Source: an uncultured Planctomycetaceae bacterium
Lineage (GTDB): Bacteria; Planctomycetota; Planctomycetia; Pirellulales; PALSA-1355
Direction of reading: 5' to 3'
Assembly: GCA_937952415.1 (NCBI GenBank)
Contig: CALFYT010000119.1
Location: 5,252 to 69,251, forward strand
DNA: 64,000 nucleotides
Under the pieces are notes generated by a model that was not told the origin of the DNA, made no database searches, and saw only the letters and a list, made by a program, of their open reading frames with translations. This document shows positions 40,294-49,381 of this stretch, one piece after another. Every line of letters begins with the position of its first letter. The stretch's first letter is position 1. The translations under genes were made by a program, and so were the position numbers.

Positions 40294-40758
40294 ATGAAAA
40301 ACCACGCATCGATCGAAATCGACGCGCCGCCCGAGCGCGTCTTCACGTGGATCGACGACGCAGACCGTGTCGCGCAATGGCTGCCCAACGTCGTCGAGAA
40401 CGAAAACCTTGAGGTGACGCCGCAGCGCGTCGGCTCGACGTTTCGCCAGGTATACGTCGAGAACGGCCGCCGGATGGAGATGCAAGGCGTCGTGACTGCC
40501 TACGAACCCAACCGGCAATTGACGGTCGCGATCAACTACAAGGACTTCGACCTGGACGTGGACTATCGTCTGGACGACCTGGGCGGCCGGACGCGCCTGA
40601 CGCAAGACTCCGAAGTGCGCTTCAAGGGTCCCTTCAAATTCTTGGCCCTGGTCATGATGCCGTTCGTCAAGCGTTCGTCGAACCAGCAACTACTCGACAC
40701 GCTGGTAAAGCTGAAAGCATTGGTCGAGTCGGACGCTGCCCGGACGAATGTCACCTAG
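40294..40758 (+). CDS. SRPBCC family protein (polyketide cyclase/dehydrase-like)
   Basis: ATG at 40294 in ORF 39895..40758. ASIEIDAPPERVFTWIDDADRVAQWLP is a typical SRPBCC N-terminus. Confidence 0.72.
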   Translation: MKNHASIEIDAPPERVFTWIDDADRVAQWLPNVVENENLEVTPQRVGSTFRQVYVENGRRMEMQGVVTAYEPNRQLTVAINYKDFDLDVDYRLDDLGGRTRLTQDSEVRFKGPFKFLALVMMPFVKRSSNQQLLDTLVKLKALVESDAARTNVT

Positions 40759-40800
40759 CGATTCGGTGGCGCCGCGCAATGGGCGCGACCTCCACGATCG

Positions 40801-41415
40801 ATGGATCACGCCGAAACAATCCACTACCAGTTAGGGCTCCCCGAGGGCTTGGAACTGGAAGCCGCGCGACTCTATGACGAGGCGTTCGGCCGCAAGTTGG
40901 CAATGGCCGTTAGATCGGCCGACGCGCGGGTGCGAATCCTCGCCGAGAGCATCGTCCGCGACCGCGCCATGGTCGCGCTCGATGGCGGTCGCATCGTCGG
41001 CTTGGCAGGTTTTCATGACGACCGGCGGCACTTCACCGGCGCTGGATCATTCGGCACCCTGTCGCGACACGTCGGCTGGGCCAAGGCACTCTGGGCGGCG
41101 CTGGTCTTCGCGCTATTGGAACGCGAACCCGAGCCGGGCGAGTTGCTGATGGACGGGATTGCCGTCGACGCAAGCGCGCGAGGACAGGGAGTCGGCACGG
41201 CACTATTGGAACGACTCTATGCCTACGCAGCCTTGCGGGGTTACGAGCGCATCCGGCTGGAAGTGATCGACACGAATCCCGGTGCCAGGCGGCTCTACGA
41301 GCGCGTGGGCTTCGAGGCGGTCGAAACGAGCCACTACCCGATTCTCAAGCGAGCGATGGGCTTTTCGGCCGTGACCACCATGGTCCGGCCGGTCGAGCCA
41401 GCGACGGTTTCGTAG
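40801..41415 (+). CDS. GNAT family N-acetyltransferase
   Basis: 204 aa. Acetyl-CoA binding block IAVDASARGQGVGTALLERLYAYA and RLEVIDTNPGARRLYERVGFE. Confidence 0.85.
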   Translation: MDHAETIHYQLGLPEGLELEAARLYDEAFGRKLAMAVRSADARVRILAESIVRDRAMVALDGGRIVGLAGFHDDRRHFTGAGSFGTLSRHVGWAKALWAALVFALLEREPEPGELLMDGIAVDASARGQGVGTALLERLYAYAALRGYERIRLEVIDTNPGARRLYERVGFEAVETSHYPILKRAMGFSAVTTMVRPVEPATVS

Positions 41416-41439
41416 CGAAGTCGCGCGCAGCGCGCTGCG

Positions 41440-42369
41440 TCACGTCATCTGGATGAACAACTGGATCATCGCCACCAGGGCTTCCGGCGCGTCTTCCTGG
41501 CAGTAGTGCCCCACGCCGTCGAGCGTCACCAGCGGCCCCTTGGGAAACAGGGCCCGGAAGTCGGCCATCACCAGCTCGGGCGGCATCGCCTGATCGGCCA
41601 ATCCTTCGGCCAGCATGGCCGGTTTTTCGCGCAGCGCCGCGACGCCGCCCAGGCCCTCCTTGACGTACGGGCCGATCCGCCCCGTGGCCGCGTCGATCGG
41701 AAACTCGACAGCCGCCTTGCACTCCTCGACCGAGCCGAACGGCGCGGCGTAGGCCCGTTTCCACGCGGCGCTCTTCTTTTGGACGTCGCGCAGTCCCAGC
41801 TTGCCCATGATTTCCACGACGTGCTCGCCAAGATGGTTCATCGTGTCGTGATAGGTGCCGTCGTCGAGCGTCTTGGTCACCCATTGAAACCAGCGCGAGC
41901 TGGTCAACTTCGGCGGCTTGGTGGCCGGCGGCGGGGCATCGGCCACGGCGGCGCCGTAGCCCAGCATGGTATTCATCAAGCACAGCCGGGCCACGCACTG
42001 CGGATGGCGCACGGTGTAGGCTCCCATGATCGGCCCGCCCCAGTCCTGGCCGACGAACGTGATGTTGTCCAGTCCCAGCTCGTCGACGAGCGCCGCGAGA
42101 TTCTCAACGTGTGCCTGTAGCGTGTACTCGCGGTCTTGCGGCGTTTCGCTTTTTCCAAAGCCCATGTGATCCGGCACGATCACGCGCCCGGTTTGGGCGA
42201 GCTTCGGAATGAACTCGCGATAGAGATAGCTCCACGTCGGCTCGCCGTGCAGGCAGATGATCGGATCGCCTTGGCCCTCATCCACGTAATGCATGCGGAA
42301 GCCGGCGACGGTGGAAAAGTGCGGCTCGAAGGGAAAGGTTCCCTCGAACGTCTCTTGGGCGGCAATCAT
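41440..42369 (-). CDS. haloalkane dehalogenase-like alpha/beta hydrolase
   Basis: ATG at 42369 in ORF 41440..42471. HYVDEGQGDPIICLHGEPTWSYLYR and the nucleophile elbow FVGQDWGG (Asp nucleophile) are typical of the haloalkane dehalogenase family. Confidence 0.85.
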   Translation of the reverse strand: MIAAQETFEGTFPFEPHFSTVAGFRMHYVDEGQGDPIICLHGEPTWSYLYREFIPKLAQTGRVIVPDHMGFGKSETPQDREYTLQAHVENLAALVDELGLDNITFVGQDWGGPIMGAYTVRHPQCVARLCLMNTMLGYGAAVADAPPPATKPPKLTSSRWFQWVTKTLDDGTYHDTMNHLGEHVVEIMGKLGLRDVQKKSAAWKRAYAAPFGSVEECKAAVEFPIDAATGRIGPYVKEGLGGVAALREKPAMLAEGLADQAMPPELVMADFRALFPKGPLVTLDGVGHYCQEDAPEALVAMIQLFIQMT

Positions 42370-42534
42370 GGCACGATCCTCGACGTGTGCGAACAAGCAG
42401 GGGAGTGGCACCGCGCCCGGCGAACCACGGGCGAACGGTCCAGTGTAGAGGGCAGGGCGGTGCCCCTGCAAACGGTTAGAGGGTTCGTGTCGCGCGTACT
42501 TGGGGTTCGGCGTACGAGCACTCTTTCAGACTGC

Positions 42535-43038
42535 TCAAATACCCGAGCGGAGCGGAATGTGTTCAATCCAAACTCTCGACGACGCTTGGAAAACCGTCCG
42601 CATCGCCCACCAACGAATCGAACGATGGACCGCCGTCGCCGCAGGTAGCGGATTTCGGAGCATGCAGTTCAGCGAATAAATCATCTTGTATTCTGCGTCA
42701 TCGGTGTCGTGAGGCACGTCGATGTAGCAACAAACCGAATCGTTGCAGCGGCAAAACGCGCAGAGCGCCACGCCAAGTCCCCGGACAGTAGCCGCGTGAT
42801 AAAACTGACGCGCAAGCGGCTCGTCGTTGGGGCGAGAACAATCTACATAAATCTGAGAACTCCACGTCGTGTTCAAGAGCTGACTGCTCGCGCGCGAAAT
42901 ACGTCGACGGCGGACTAGGACATCATCGCGCCAGATCCAACGAATGTTTGTCTCGACGTGCTGGCCGTACAGGAAAGATCGAAAGTGTTCAATCGCGTCT
43001 TCAAAGACTGGGATGGGCGACTGGCGTTCTTCGCTCAT
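42535..43038 (-). CDS. Cys-rich hypothetical protein (167 aa), orphan
   Basis: ORF in a visibly lower-GC stretch with no signal peptide. Cys cluster LCAFCRCNDSVCCY. No recognisable family. Confidence 0.5.
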   Translation of the reverse strand: MSEERQSPIPVFEDAIEHFRSFLYGQHVETNIRWIWRDDVLVRRRRISRASSQLLNTTWSSQIYVDCSRPNDEPLARQFYHAATVRGLGVALCAFCRCNDSVCCYIDVPHDTDDAEYKMIYSLNCMLRNPLPAATAVHRSIRWWAMRTVFQASSRVWIEHIPLRSGI

Positions 43039-43074
43039 CAGCAGGTTCTGTCAGGGCGAGCCATGACTTACTTG

Positions 43075-43263
43075 CTAATCGGCTGGATAGGGATCTGTTA
43101 CGTGTTCGATTAACTTCCGAAATGCACACAAAACGAGAAACGTGATCGCGAACCCTGTGATGACCTCGCAGCCTGGCGTAACGACTGCTGTGGCCAGTGC
43201 CACCAAAAATACAATCCAAAACAACGTCCGCAAATCGAATTGCTTTCGTCTGCCGTAGCGCAT
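43075..43263 (-). CDS. small membrane protein (62 aa)
   Basis: ATG at 43263 at the 3' end of ORF 43075..43968. MRYGRRKQFDLRTLFWIVFLVALATAVV plus a second TM span. Alternative ATG at 43281. Confidence 0.45.
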   Translation of the reverse strand: MRYGRRKQFDLRTLFWIVFLVALATAVVTPGCEVITGFAITFLVLCAFRKLIEHVTDPYPAD

Positions 43264-43322
43264 ACGCGCATCGTACCACATTCGACCCCGTACGAGCCTG
43301 CGGCAATGCGCTCGGCGCGCCG

Positions 43323-43652
43323 CTACTTGACCTGGTCTTCCATGATTTGGCGGGCCGCTTGATTGGCCGATTGCCAGTCGCCGGCGCGGCCCTGTTCGAC
43401 GATGTCGTTCAGCCAGCCCGCCTCCTCGTCCGAAATCTCGCCGGTAGTACGGGCCGATTCGATCTGCGAGCTGACTTCGTCCAAGCGGTCGCTCGCCTGG
43501 CGATTGGTGACGGAGTAAAGCGCCTTGGCGTACTCGTAGGTCGTCGGGCTGACGGCGCCGTAGCCGCCACAACCGGCCGACGCCATGCCAAAGACCGCCA
43601 TCAACAGGGCCGCGCGCCAGGATCCCGCGACAAGGCCGCCCAAGTCGCGCAT
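43323..43652 (-). CDS. lipoprotein, unknown function
   Basis: 109 aa with lipobox LLMAVFGMASAGC. The start abuts the stop of the upstream DUF1559 gene (43653). Confidence 0.65.
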   Translation of the reverse strand: MRDLGGLVAGSWRAALLMAVFGMASAGCGGYGAVSPTTYEYAKALYSVTNRQASDRLDEVSSQIESARTTGEISDEEAGWLNDIVEQGRAGDWQSANQAARQIMEDQVK

Positions 43653-44798
43653 CTAGAAGTCTCCCGTGGCTTCGCCTTCGCCGATGCTCGACAACTCGGC
43701 CCAGAGAATCAGGTCGATCGTGTCGTCGACAAAGCGGACCGATCCATCGCCCATGCAGATTTGCCCGCCGCCGGGATGCTCTGCGTACATCTGACCCACG
43801 TGGTACGTGGGAAAGTTGATCGGATGGATGATCGGAAAGCCGGTAATGTCCAGTTCTCCGCCCGACGGCCCTGCGTGGATCAGCACCAGCGTGGCGGCCG
43901 CGTCCGGTCCGTTCTCCGGACTCGTGAAGTTGGGATGCGTGAAGGCTCCGGGCACAACGCCGACCCACGTCTTCTCGCTCAACGCCGACGAATGCTCACC
44001 CAAAAAGATCGTCTTCGACAGTCCATCGGTGATCTTGGCGAACCGGGTTCTTGAATTGCGAAAGAAGGGCCCGTCCGCCACTTTCGACGCGTCTCCGTTG
44101 ATCGTGACCGTCTCGGTCGCGCTCGTGTAAATGTCGGTGAAGACCACGCCGGTCGTGCTGGCCCCACACTCACCCCAGCACGACTCCTGACCGTGGCTGG
44201 CGACGTAGTGCGATCGGGCGACTTGGACCTGCGTGCCATCGATCGTCAGCGGAGCACCCGAATCGTCCAGCACGACGAACGGCTCGAACTTGCCCGAGAC
44301 CGACGGACAAAGGAACGTGGGAATCCGATCGTCGATGATATCAACGAATTGGGGGCTCCACAGGGGAAGCTCGAAGTCGATCCGCGCATCGATCGCCGAC
44401 TCTTCCAGGTAGGGCAGCAAGTAGGCGCCCCAACCCCAGCCCGGCGGCGCGTCCCACGTATCCGGATCGCGGTTGGGCGGGGGCGGCGTGCCAATCGAGC
44501 GGGACGAGTAACCCGGCGGAAGTTTCTTGTGAATTCCCTCGAAATTGTGTAGCGCAACGCCCAATTGCTTGAGGTTGTTCGAACAATGCGACCGACGGGC
44601 CGCTTCGCGGGCCTGTTGCACGGCGGGCAACATCATGGCGACCAACACGCCGACAATGGCGATCACCACCAACAGTTCGACGAGCGTAAAAGCGCGTCGT
44701 CGCGGTCGCACCGCGGGTTTGCCGCGTCGCGGCATGGCAATCGAAAGGCGAGAAGCGCCGTCCCTGGCTTCGTTACGTGAGATTCGGTGGCGTTTCAT
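43653..44798 (-). CDS. DUF1559 domain protein with prepilin-type N-terminal cleavage/methylation motif
   Basis: RRRAFTLVELLVVIAIVGVLVAMMLPAVQQAREAARRSHCSNNLKQLGVALHNF plus C-terminal HPGGGQICMGDGSVRFV, the hallmark of the planctomycete DUF1559 family. Alternative ATG at 44735. Confidence 0.9.
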   Translation of the reverse strand: MKRHRISRNEARDGASRLSIAMPRRGKPAVRPRRRAFTLVELLVVIAIVGVLVAMMLPAVQQAREAARRSHCSNNLKQLGVALHNFEGIHKKLPPGYSSRSIGTPPPPNRDPDTWDAPPGWGWGAYLLPYLEESAIDARIDFELPLWSPQFVDIIDDRIPTFLCPSVSGKFEPFVVLDDSGAPLTIDGTQVQVARSHYVASHGQESCWGECGASTTGVVFTDIYTSATETVTINGDASKVADGPFFRNSRTRFAKITDGLSKTIFLGEHSSALSEKTWVGVVPGAFTHPNFTSPENGPDAAATLVLIHAGPSGGELDITGFPIIHPINFPTYHVGQMYAEHPGGGQICMGDGSVRFVDDTIDLILWAELSSIGEGEATGDF

Positions 44799-44981
44799 GG
44801 TCGGTCTTTCCAGAAAGCGAGAGACGATAGGCCGCAGGCCCTATTCCGATAATCTAACAATCTGTTTTTGATATGCAACACTCATTTTTTGAATACTCAA
44901 AAATAAGCCGCTGACCGAGAATTGCCGAGGAATCGGCGGGAAAAAGCTGCACAGAGGGAACTGCCGCGCGAATTGCCCCGA

Positions 44982-46175
44982 TCAGGCACCTGCGTCGTAG
45001 ACGATGCTACCCGCGGCGATCGTTTTCTGGACCACCAGGCGATCGTGGCCCGATGACGGGTCGACAGTCAGATCAAACAGCGTCAGGTCGGCCGGGTCGC
45101 CCGGCGCAAGGCGGTTTTCCGCACGACCCAGCAGGTGGGCAGGTCGGGTCGCGGCCATGTCGACTGCGGTCGCCAGCTCGACTCCGGCGAACCGCATCAC
45201 GTTGGCAATCCCGACGCCGATGGGCGCCGACGCGCCGGCCAGCAGTTGGTCCTGACCGGCGATCACCAGCCGTCCGTCATCGAGGATCTCTAGTTCGCAA
45301 AGCGCCGTTTCGTAGCGGCCCGGCGGCAAACCGGCCAAGCCCGACAAATCGCTGACCAGCAGACATCGCTCGGCCGACTTGGCGCGGACGAACGTTTGCA
45401 CGACTTCCGGGGGCAGGTGGTGCCCGTCGACAATCAGACTGGCCATCAAACGGTCTTCGGCCAGTTGGTCCCACAAGTAATTTGGATGCCGCCGCAGTTC
45501 TCGATGTGCTCCGTTGCCCAAGTGGGTGCTGAGCCGCGCGCCGGCGTCGACCGCGGCTCGGATCTGGTCCGAGTTCGCCGCCGTGTGCCCAATGGCCACC
45601 ACGATTCCGTCGGCCGTTGCGTGTTCGATGAATCTGCACGACTCGGGATACTCGGCCGCCAACGTGACGATGCGGATGCGGCCGGCCGCGGCGTCTTGAA
45701 ACGCGCGAAACTCATTCCAATCGGGCGGACGGCAATGCTCGCGCGGATGCGCGCCCCGCGGCCCGTCGTCGGGAGACAGATACGGCCCCTCAACGTGGAT
45801 GCCGGCAATCGCGTGATCGACGCGCGGCCAACGCCGGCACGCATCGTCGATGGTCTTTACAGCGTGCAGGATCGTGTCGCGGCTGGCGGTGGTCACCGTC
45901 GGGCAGTACTGCGTGACGCCAAACGCGGCGAGTGCATCGCTGATTTTGGCCACTTTTTCGGCCGGCAGCTCCAGCGAACTGAACTCCTGGCCGCCGAACC
46001 CGTTGACCTGAACGTCGACAAAGCCGGGCGCCACCCAGGGCAACTGGTTTGTGTGAGCCGCGTCGAGCGTACACGCGTCGGCCGCGGCGATTCGGCCTTC
46101 GGCAAGTTCCCAGCGCACCGGACGGCCCGTACGAAAATGCCGTCCGATGACCTCGGGCGTCGCGGTAGTAATCAT
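44982..46175 (-). CDS. nagA: N-acetylglucosamine-6-phosphate deacetylase
   Basis: ATG at 46175 inside the 617-aa ORF 44982..46835. GFVDVQVNGFGG, GIHVEGPYLS, AIGHTAA and THLGNG are NagA/amidohydrolase blocks. The upstream 220 codons are Arg-rich non-protein-like. Confidence 0.9.
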   Translation of the reverse strand: MITTATPEVIGRHFRTGRPVRWELAEGRIAAADACTLDAAHTNQLPWVAPGFVDVQVNGFGGQEFSSLELPAEKVAKISDALAAFGVTQYCPTVTTASRDTILHAVKTIDDACRRWPRVDHAIAGIHVEGPYLSPDDGPRGAHPREHCRPPDWNEFRAFQDAAAGRIRIVTLAAEYPESCRFIEHATADGIVVAIGHTAANSDQIRAAVDAGARLSTHLGNGAHRELRRHPNYLWDQLAEDRLMASLIVDGHHLPPEVVQTFVRAKSAERCLLVSDLSGLAGLPPGRYETALCELEILDDGRLVIAGQDQLLAGASAPIGVGIANVMRFAGVELATAVDMAATRPAHLLGRAENRLAPGDPADLTLFDLTVDPSSGHDRLVVQKTIAAGSIVYDAGA

Positions 46176-46329
46176 CGGCGTGGGGCAGGGCGGCGGGTTT
46201 GAGACCGAGCAGACCAGTGCACGCCGATCAGCTTTGATACGACGCGCCGTCGGTTCAACATACCTGCCTTCATTCCGCGTCGCCAGCCGTGTCAGCCGGG
46301 CGCCGCGGTACGAACGCGTTTGCAGCCTG

Positions 46330-46755
46330 TTAGCGGACGACCGCCGTCGGACGCGAAACGATAATCGTCGGACCGACCGCTTGCCACCGTAGCGGGTTGT
46401 AGGTGTTCGAGCCCCAAAAGGCCGAATAGCCGGCGGTGTACGGCGTGGCCGAAACCATTGGCCGCGAGTTCGACTTGCCGTACCAGCGCATCGCGGCCAA
46501 ACGGTCTTGCCGCTGCTGAGCGCGGAACTCCGCCCGGCGGCGAATCGCCTGCTTCGGGTCGTCGCGGCGTCGCTGCTCCTGCTCGTAGAACCACATCGAC
46601 ACGGTCGGTTGGACCACGCCCGACGCCGCGACCTGGCCGCCTTGCACGGCAAACGACTCGTCCGGACGGCGGGCAACCGTGGGCTCTTGGGCAACGGCAC
46701 GCGCCGACAACAGCGCCACGAGGAGCGCAAGCGGGATCGACAAATTGCGAAGCAT
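46330..46755 (-). CDS. hypothetical secreted protein
   Basis: 141 aa with a signal peptide (IPLALLVALLSARAVAQ). It lies downstream of the ECF sigma/anti-sigma pair on the same strand. Confidence 0.6.
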   Translation of the reverse strand: MLRNLSIPLALLVALLSARAVAQEPTVARRPDESFAVQGGQVAASGVVQPTVSMWFYEQEQRRRDDPKQAIRRRAEFRAQQRQDRLAAMRWYGKSNSRPMVSATPYTAGYSAFWGSNTYNPLRWQAVGPTIIVSRPTAVVR

Positions 46756-47031
46756 CGGCCTTCCTCCTGGATTGACGGGCGCGCCGGGAGCCGGCGGGCA
46801 GCGATCGGAAGCGAGCGCCGGGCATGCGCGCGCAAGGGCGCGCGCCTGGGTCAGCGCGGGCTCGCTATAGTCCGATTCGGTCTGCGAAGGCCCGCGGGAT
46901 TAAACGATTTTGCCAATCGTTTGTTCCCGCCACTCGTCGACCGGCCTGGCGGCTGGACTGCGCGTGCATCGCCCCGAAGAGGCCCGTTGAAAGCACGACG
47001 GGGAACCACTCGGAGCAGGGTGAACGATTGC

Positions 47032-48006
47032 TCAGGCGACCGGCATGCGCGCAGTGCTGACAAACGTACGATAGCTGCGATCATCGCCATCGACGACCAA
47101 TACGTAGACCAGGCCATTCGTCTTCCAATAGCCGATCGACTTACCTCCGGTGGCCGATTGCGGACCGGTCGGCGGAGAAGTCGGCAATCCACCCCGCGCC
47201 AACGGCACGACAAACAGTCGCGCCGTACCCGCTGCGGCGTGCGAAAGCTTGTACGCGACGCCGCGCACGCCGCCGATCTTGCCGATGCGTTGCCAGCCGA
47301 TTGCCTCTCCGGTGACCGAATCGGGAATCTCAAACCGCGGCGGCGCCTTGGCGACGTCGAGCCACGTCGGCTGTAGCTCGGCCATCCAGCCATCGGCCAA
47401 GGTCTCAAGCGCGGTCTGCTCGCCCCGGCCAAACTGCTGCGACACGAACGCTCCGACGACCACTGCCGCGGCAACGGTCAGTCCGGCCGTCAACCAACGA
47501 CGCCGCGACCAGCCCGTGCGTGCCCCAGCGCGTGACGTGCGGTGCTCGCCCGTCGCGCCGCCATCAGACAAGGCCACGGTGGCCTGTTCATCTGTGTCGG
47601 TTCGCTCGTCGAGGGCCGCACCGGAGTGCGGCGAATCCGGACCCACCGCGGCGATCATGGCCGCGGTGCCCAAAGCTGCCGGATCAACCGTCGCCGCGTC
47701 CGAATCGATCGGTGACTTCGCGGCAGCACCATCGAGCGCCTTCATCAGACGCTCGGCCAGGTCGCCCGGCACGTTGACGCGCTCGATTGCCTCGCCAACG
47801 GCCGCGTCCCACTGTTGCGCGCGGCGATACGCCTCGCGCACTTCCGGATCTTCGGCAACGCGACGCGCCAACTCCGCCATATCGGCCGATTGCAGGTCGT
47901 CGCTGCCGGGCCGGCAGGCTTCGAGTTGCTCAAGTGTGCGTCGATCGATTGCCATGAGTCGTGCCAAGAACGAAGTGCCGCCCGCTCGGCGGCGACGCGA
48001 AAACAC
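47032..48006 (-). CDS. anti-sigma factor (single-pass membrane protein)
   Basis: The GTG start at 48006 overlaps the sigma gene stop by 1 nt (TAGTG). N-terminal helical domain (LEACRPGSDDL...EDPEVREAYRRAQQWD), one TM span (WLTAGLTVAAAVVVGAFV) and a periplasmic C-domain. Alternative ATG at 47955. Confidence 0.7.
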   Translation of the reverse strand: MFSRRRRAGGTSFLARLMAIDRRTLEQLEACRPGSDDLQSADMAELARRVAEDPEVREAYRRAQQWDAAVGEAIERVNVPGDLAERLMKALDGAAAKSPIDSDAATVDPAALGTAAMIAAVGPDSPHSGAALDERTDTDEQATVALSDGGATGEHRTSRAGARTGWSRRRWLTAGLTVAAAVVVGAFVSQQFGRGEQTALETLADGWMAELQPTWLDVAKAPPRFEIPDSVTGEAIGWQRIGKIGGVRGVAYKLSHAAAGTARLFVVPLARGGLPTSPPTGPQSATGGKSIGYWKTNGLVYVLVVDGDDRSYRTFVSTARMPVA

Positions 48007-48587
48007 TAATGATTGCTGGTAGTTGAGTGTCGGTAGGAAGCGTACGCCGAACGCTGATCTAGTTTCAAGTCTGATTGCGGGGGCCGCTGATCATCGGGCT
48101 CGCCGAGTTGCTGGCGCAGTCGCGACTTGGCGCGAGCCAGCCGGCTCATGACCGTTCCGATGGGGATCTCGAGCACCTCGGCAATCTCACGATAGGACCG
48201 ATGTTCGAAGTAAAACAGCAACAACGTGACCTTGAAGTCGTCGTCCAGCGAGTTGATTGCCGCTTGCAGCCGTTCGCTATCAATGTCATTCGCGGTGACC
48301 GCGTCGGGCACCAGGTTGATGTCCAACTCGACCGCGGCGGCGGGCAAGGGCACACGCTGGCGTCGGGTCTTCAGGTAGCAGTTTCTCAATACGGTGAACA
48401 ACCAAGCCCGCACGCAATTCGCGTCGCGCAGTTGATCGAGCTTTTGTTGGGCGATCAGGAAGACCTGTTGGGTCAGATCTTCCGCGTCGGCAGCCGAGCC
48501 TGCCAGGCGAAACGCGTAACGATAGAGCGCCTGGTGATAGTCGGAGACCAACTGCCCGACATCCGGCGGCGCAGCACCTTCGGCCAT
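48006..48587 (-). CDS. ECF-type RNA polymerase sigma-70 factor
   Basis: ATG at 48587 in ORF 48006..48839. Region 2 is YRYAFRLAGSAADAEDLTQQVFL. Region 4 is SYREIAEVLEIPIGTVMSRLARAKSRLR. Confidence 0.9.
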   Translation of the reverse strand: MAEGAAPPDVGQLVSDYHQALYRYAFRLAGSAADAEDLTQQVFLIAQQKLDQLRDANCVRAWLFTVLRNCYLKTRRQRVPLPAAAVELDINLVPDAVTANDIDSERLQAAINSLDDDFKVTLLLFYFEHRSYREIAEVLEIPIGTVMSRLARAKSRLRQQLGEPDDQRPPQSDLKLDQRSAYASYRHSTTSNH

Positions 48588-49027
48588 GTTCCGCCCTTTC
48601 GACAATGAACAGAGGCTTGCCGCGGGCCTTTTATTCCCGGGTCGCACAACTCGCCCGAAAAACTGCAGAAAACGACCGCGGCCGATTCCTCGACCGGCTG
48701 TTGGGGGTTGGTTGCCGCAAAGGCTCCCGAGGTCTCGCGTCGCGAGAAAAGCCGTGCTCCGGACGGTAGTATACCGCTTTGCCGCGCGAAACCCAGGGTC
48801 CCGCGAGGTGCCACTACCGCCAATCGACAAGCGGCGCAAATCACACCGCCAACGCTAGTTCAGACGTTTGAGGTAGTTCGTCGGCGCAATTCGATTCTTG
48901 GGGTGCTAGAAAAGTCGCGCGAATCTTGGAATAATTGCCGCTCGAAGCGGATCGTAATTTGTTGAGATACCAAGCAGGGTGGTCCTGCAAGGAACAAAAC
49001 GCGTTACCCAGATGGAAGGTGACCCTC

Positions 49028-49180
49028 ATGAAGAAGTTGGGAACATTCGCCCTGCTGTTGAGTCTCAGTATGATCACGCTCGGTTGCAAGCCGGCCGACA
49101 AGGCCGCCGATCCGGCTCCGGCCGACGCCGCACCGGCCGCTGAACCGGTCGATGACACGGCTGAACCGCCTGCCGAGTAA
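49028..49180 (+). CDS. small Ala/Pro/Asp-rich lipoprotein (50 aa)
   Basis: ATG at 49028 in ORF 48935..49180. Lipobox SMITLGC. A strong terminator follows. Confidence 0.55.
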   Translation: MKKLGTFALLLSLSMITLGCKPADKAADPAPADAAPAAEPVDDTAEPPAE

Positions 49181-49221
49181 CTTCCGCGCGAATTGCGGAG
49201 AACCGAAGCAAAGAACCGAGA

Positions 49222-49268
49222 GGGGGATGGGTTGCGATAGTCGCGACCCTTTCCCCCTTTTTTGTTTT
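49222..49268 (+). terminator. intrinsic terminator (possibly bidirectional, between the lipoprotein gene and uvrB)
   Basis: The hairpin GGGGGATGGGTTGCGA-tag-TCGCGACCCTTTCCCCC has ~15 pairs with one mismatch. It is followed by TTTTTTGTTTT. Confidence 0.65.
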
Positions 49269-49381
49269 GGTGCGACTTCGTTCTGGTGCGACGCGGGGCG
49301 CATCGCCACCCAGGGGAATCACGTCGTTCTGGCCGTTCCACAGCGCTGCCGGCAACGTCTGGGCTTCGCCCGCCACCCGCA

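Noticed and set aside
38963-40309. 448-aa minus-strand ORF
   Set aside because: It is antisense to the NHL-repeat gene, which has a signal peptide and clear repeat motifs. The minus product is low-complexity.
46176-46835. N-terminal 220 codons of the 617-aa ORF 44982..46835
   Set aside because: NagA similarity starts at MITTATPE (ATG 46175). The extension is Arg/Ser/Pro-rich. It also overlaps, in another frame, a better candidate with a signal peptide (46330..46755).
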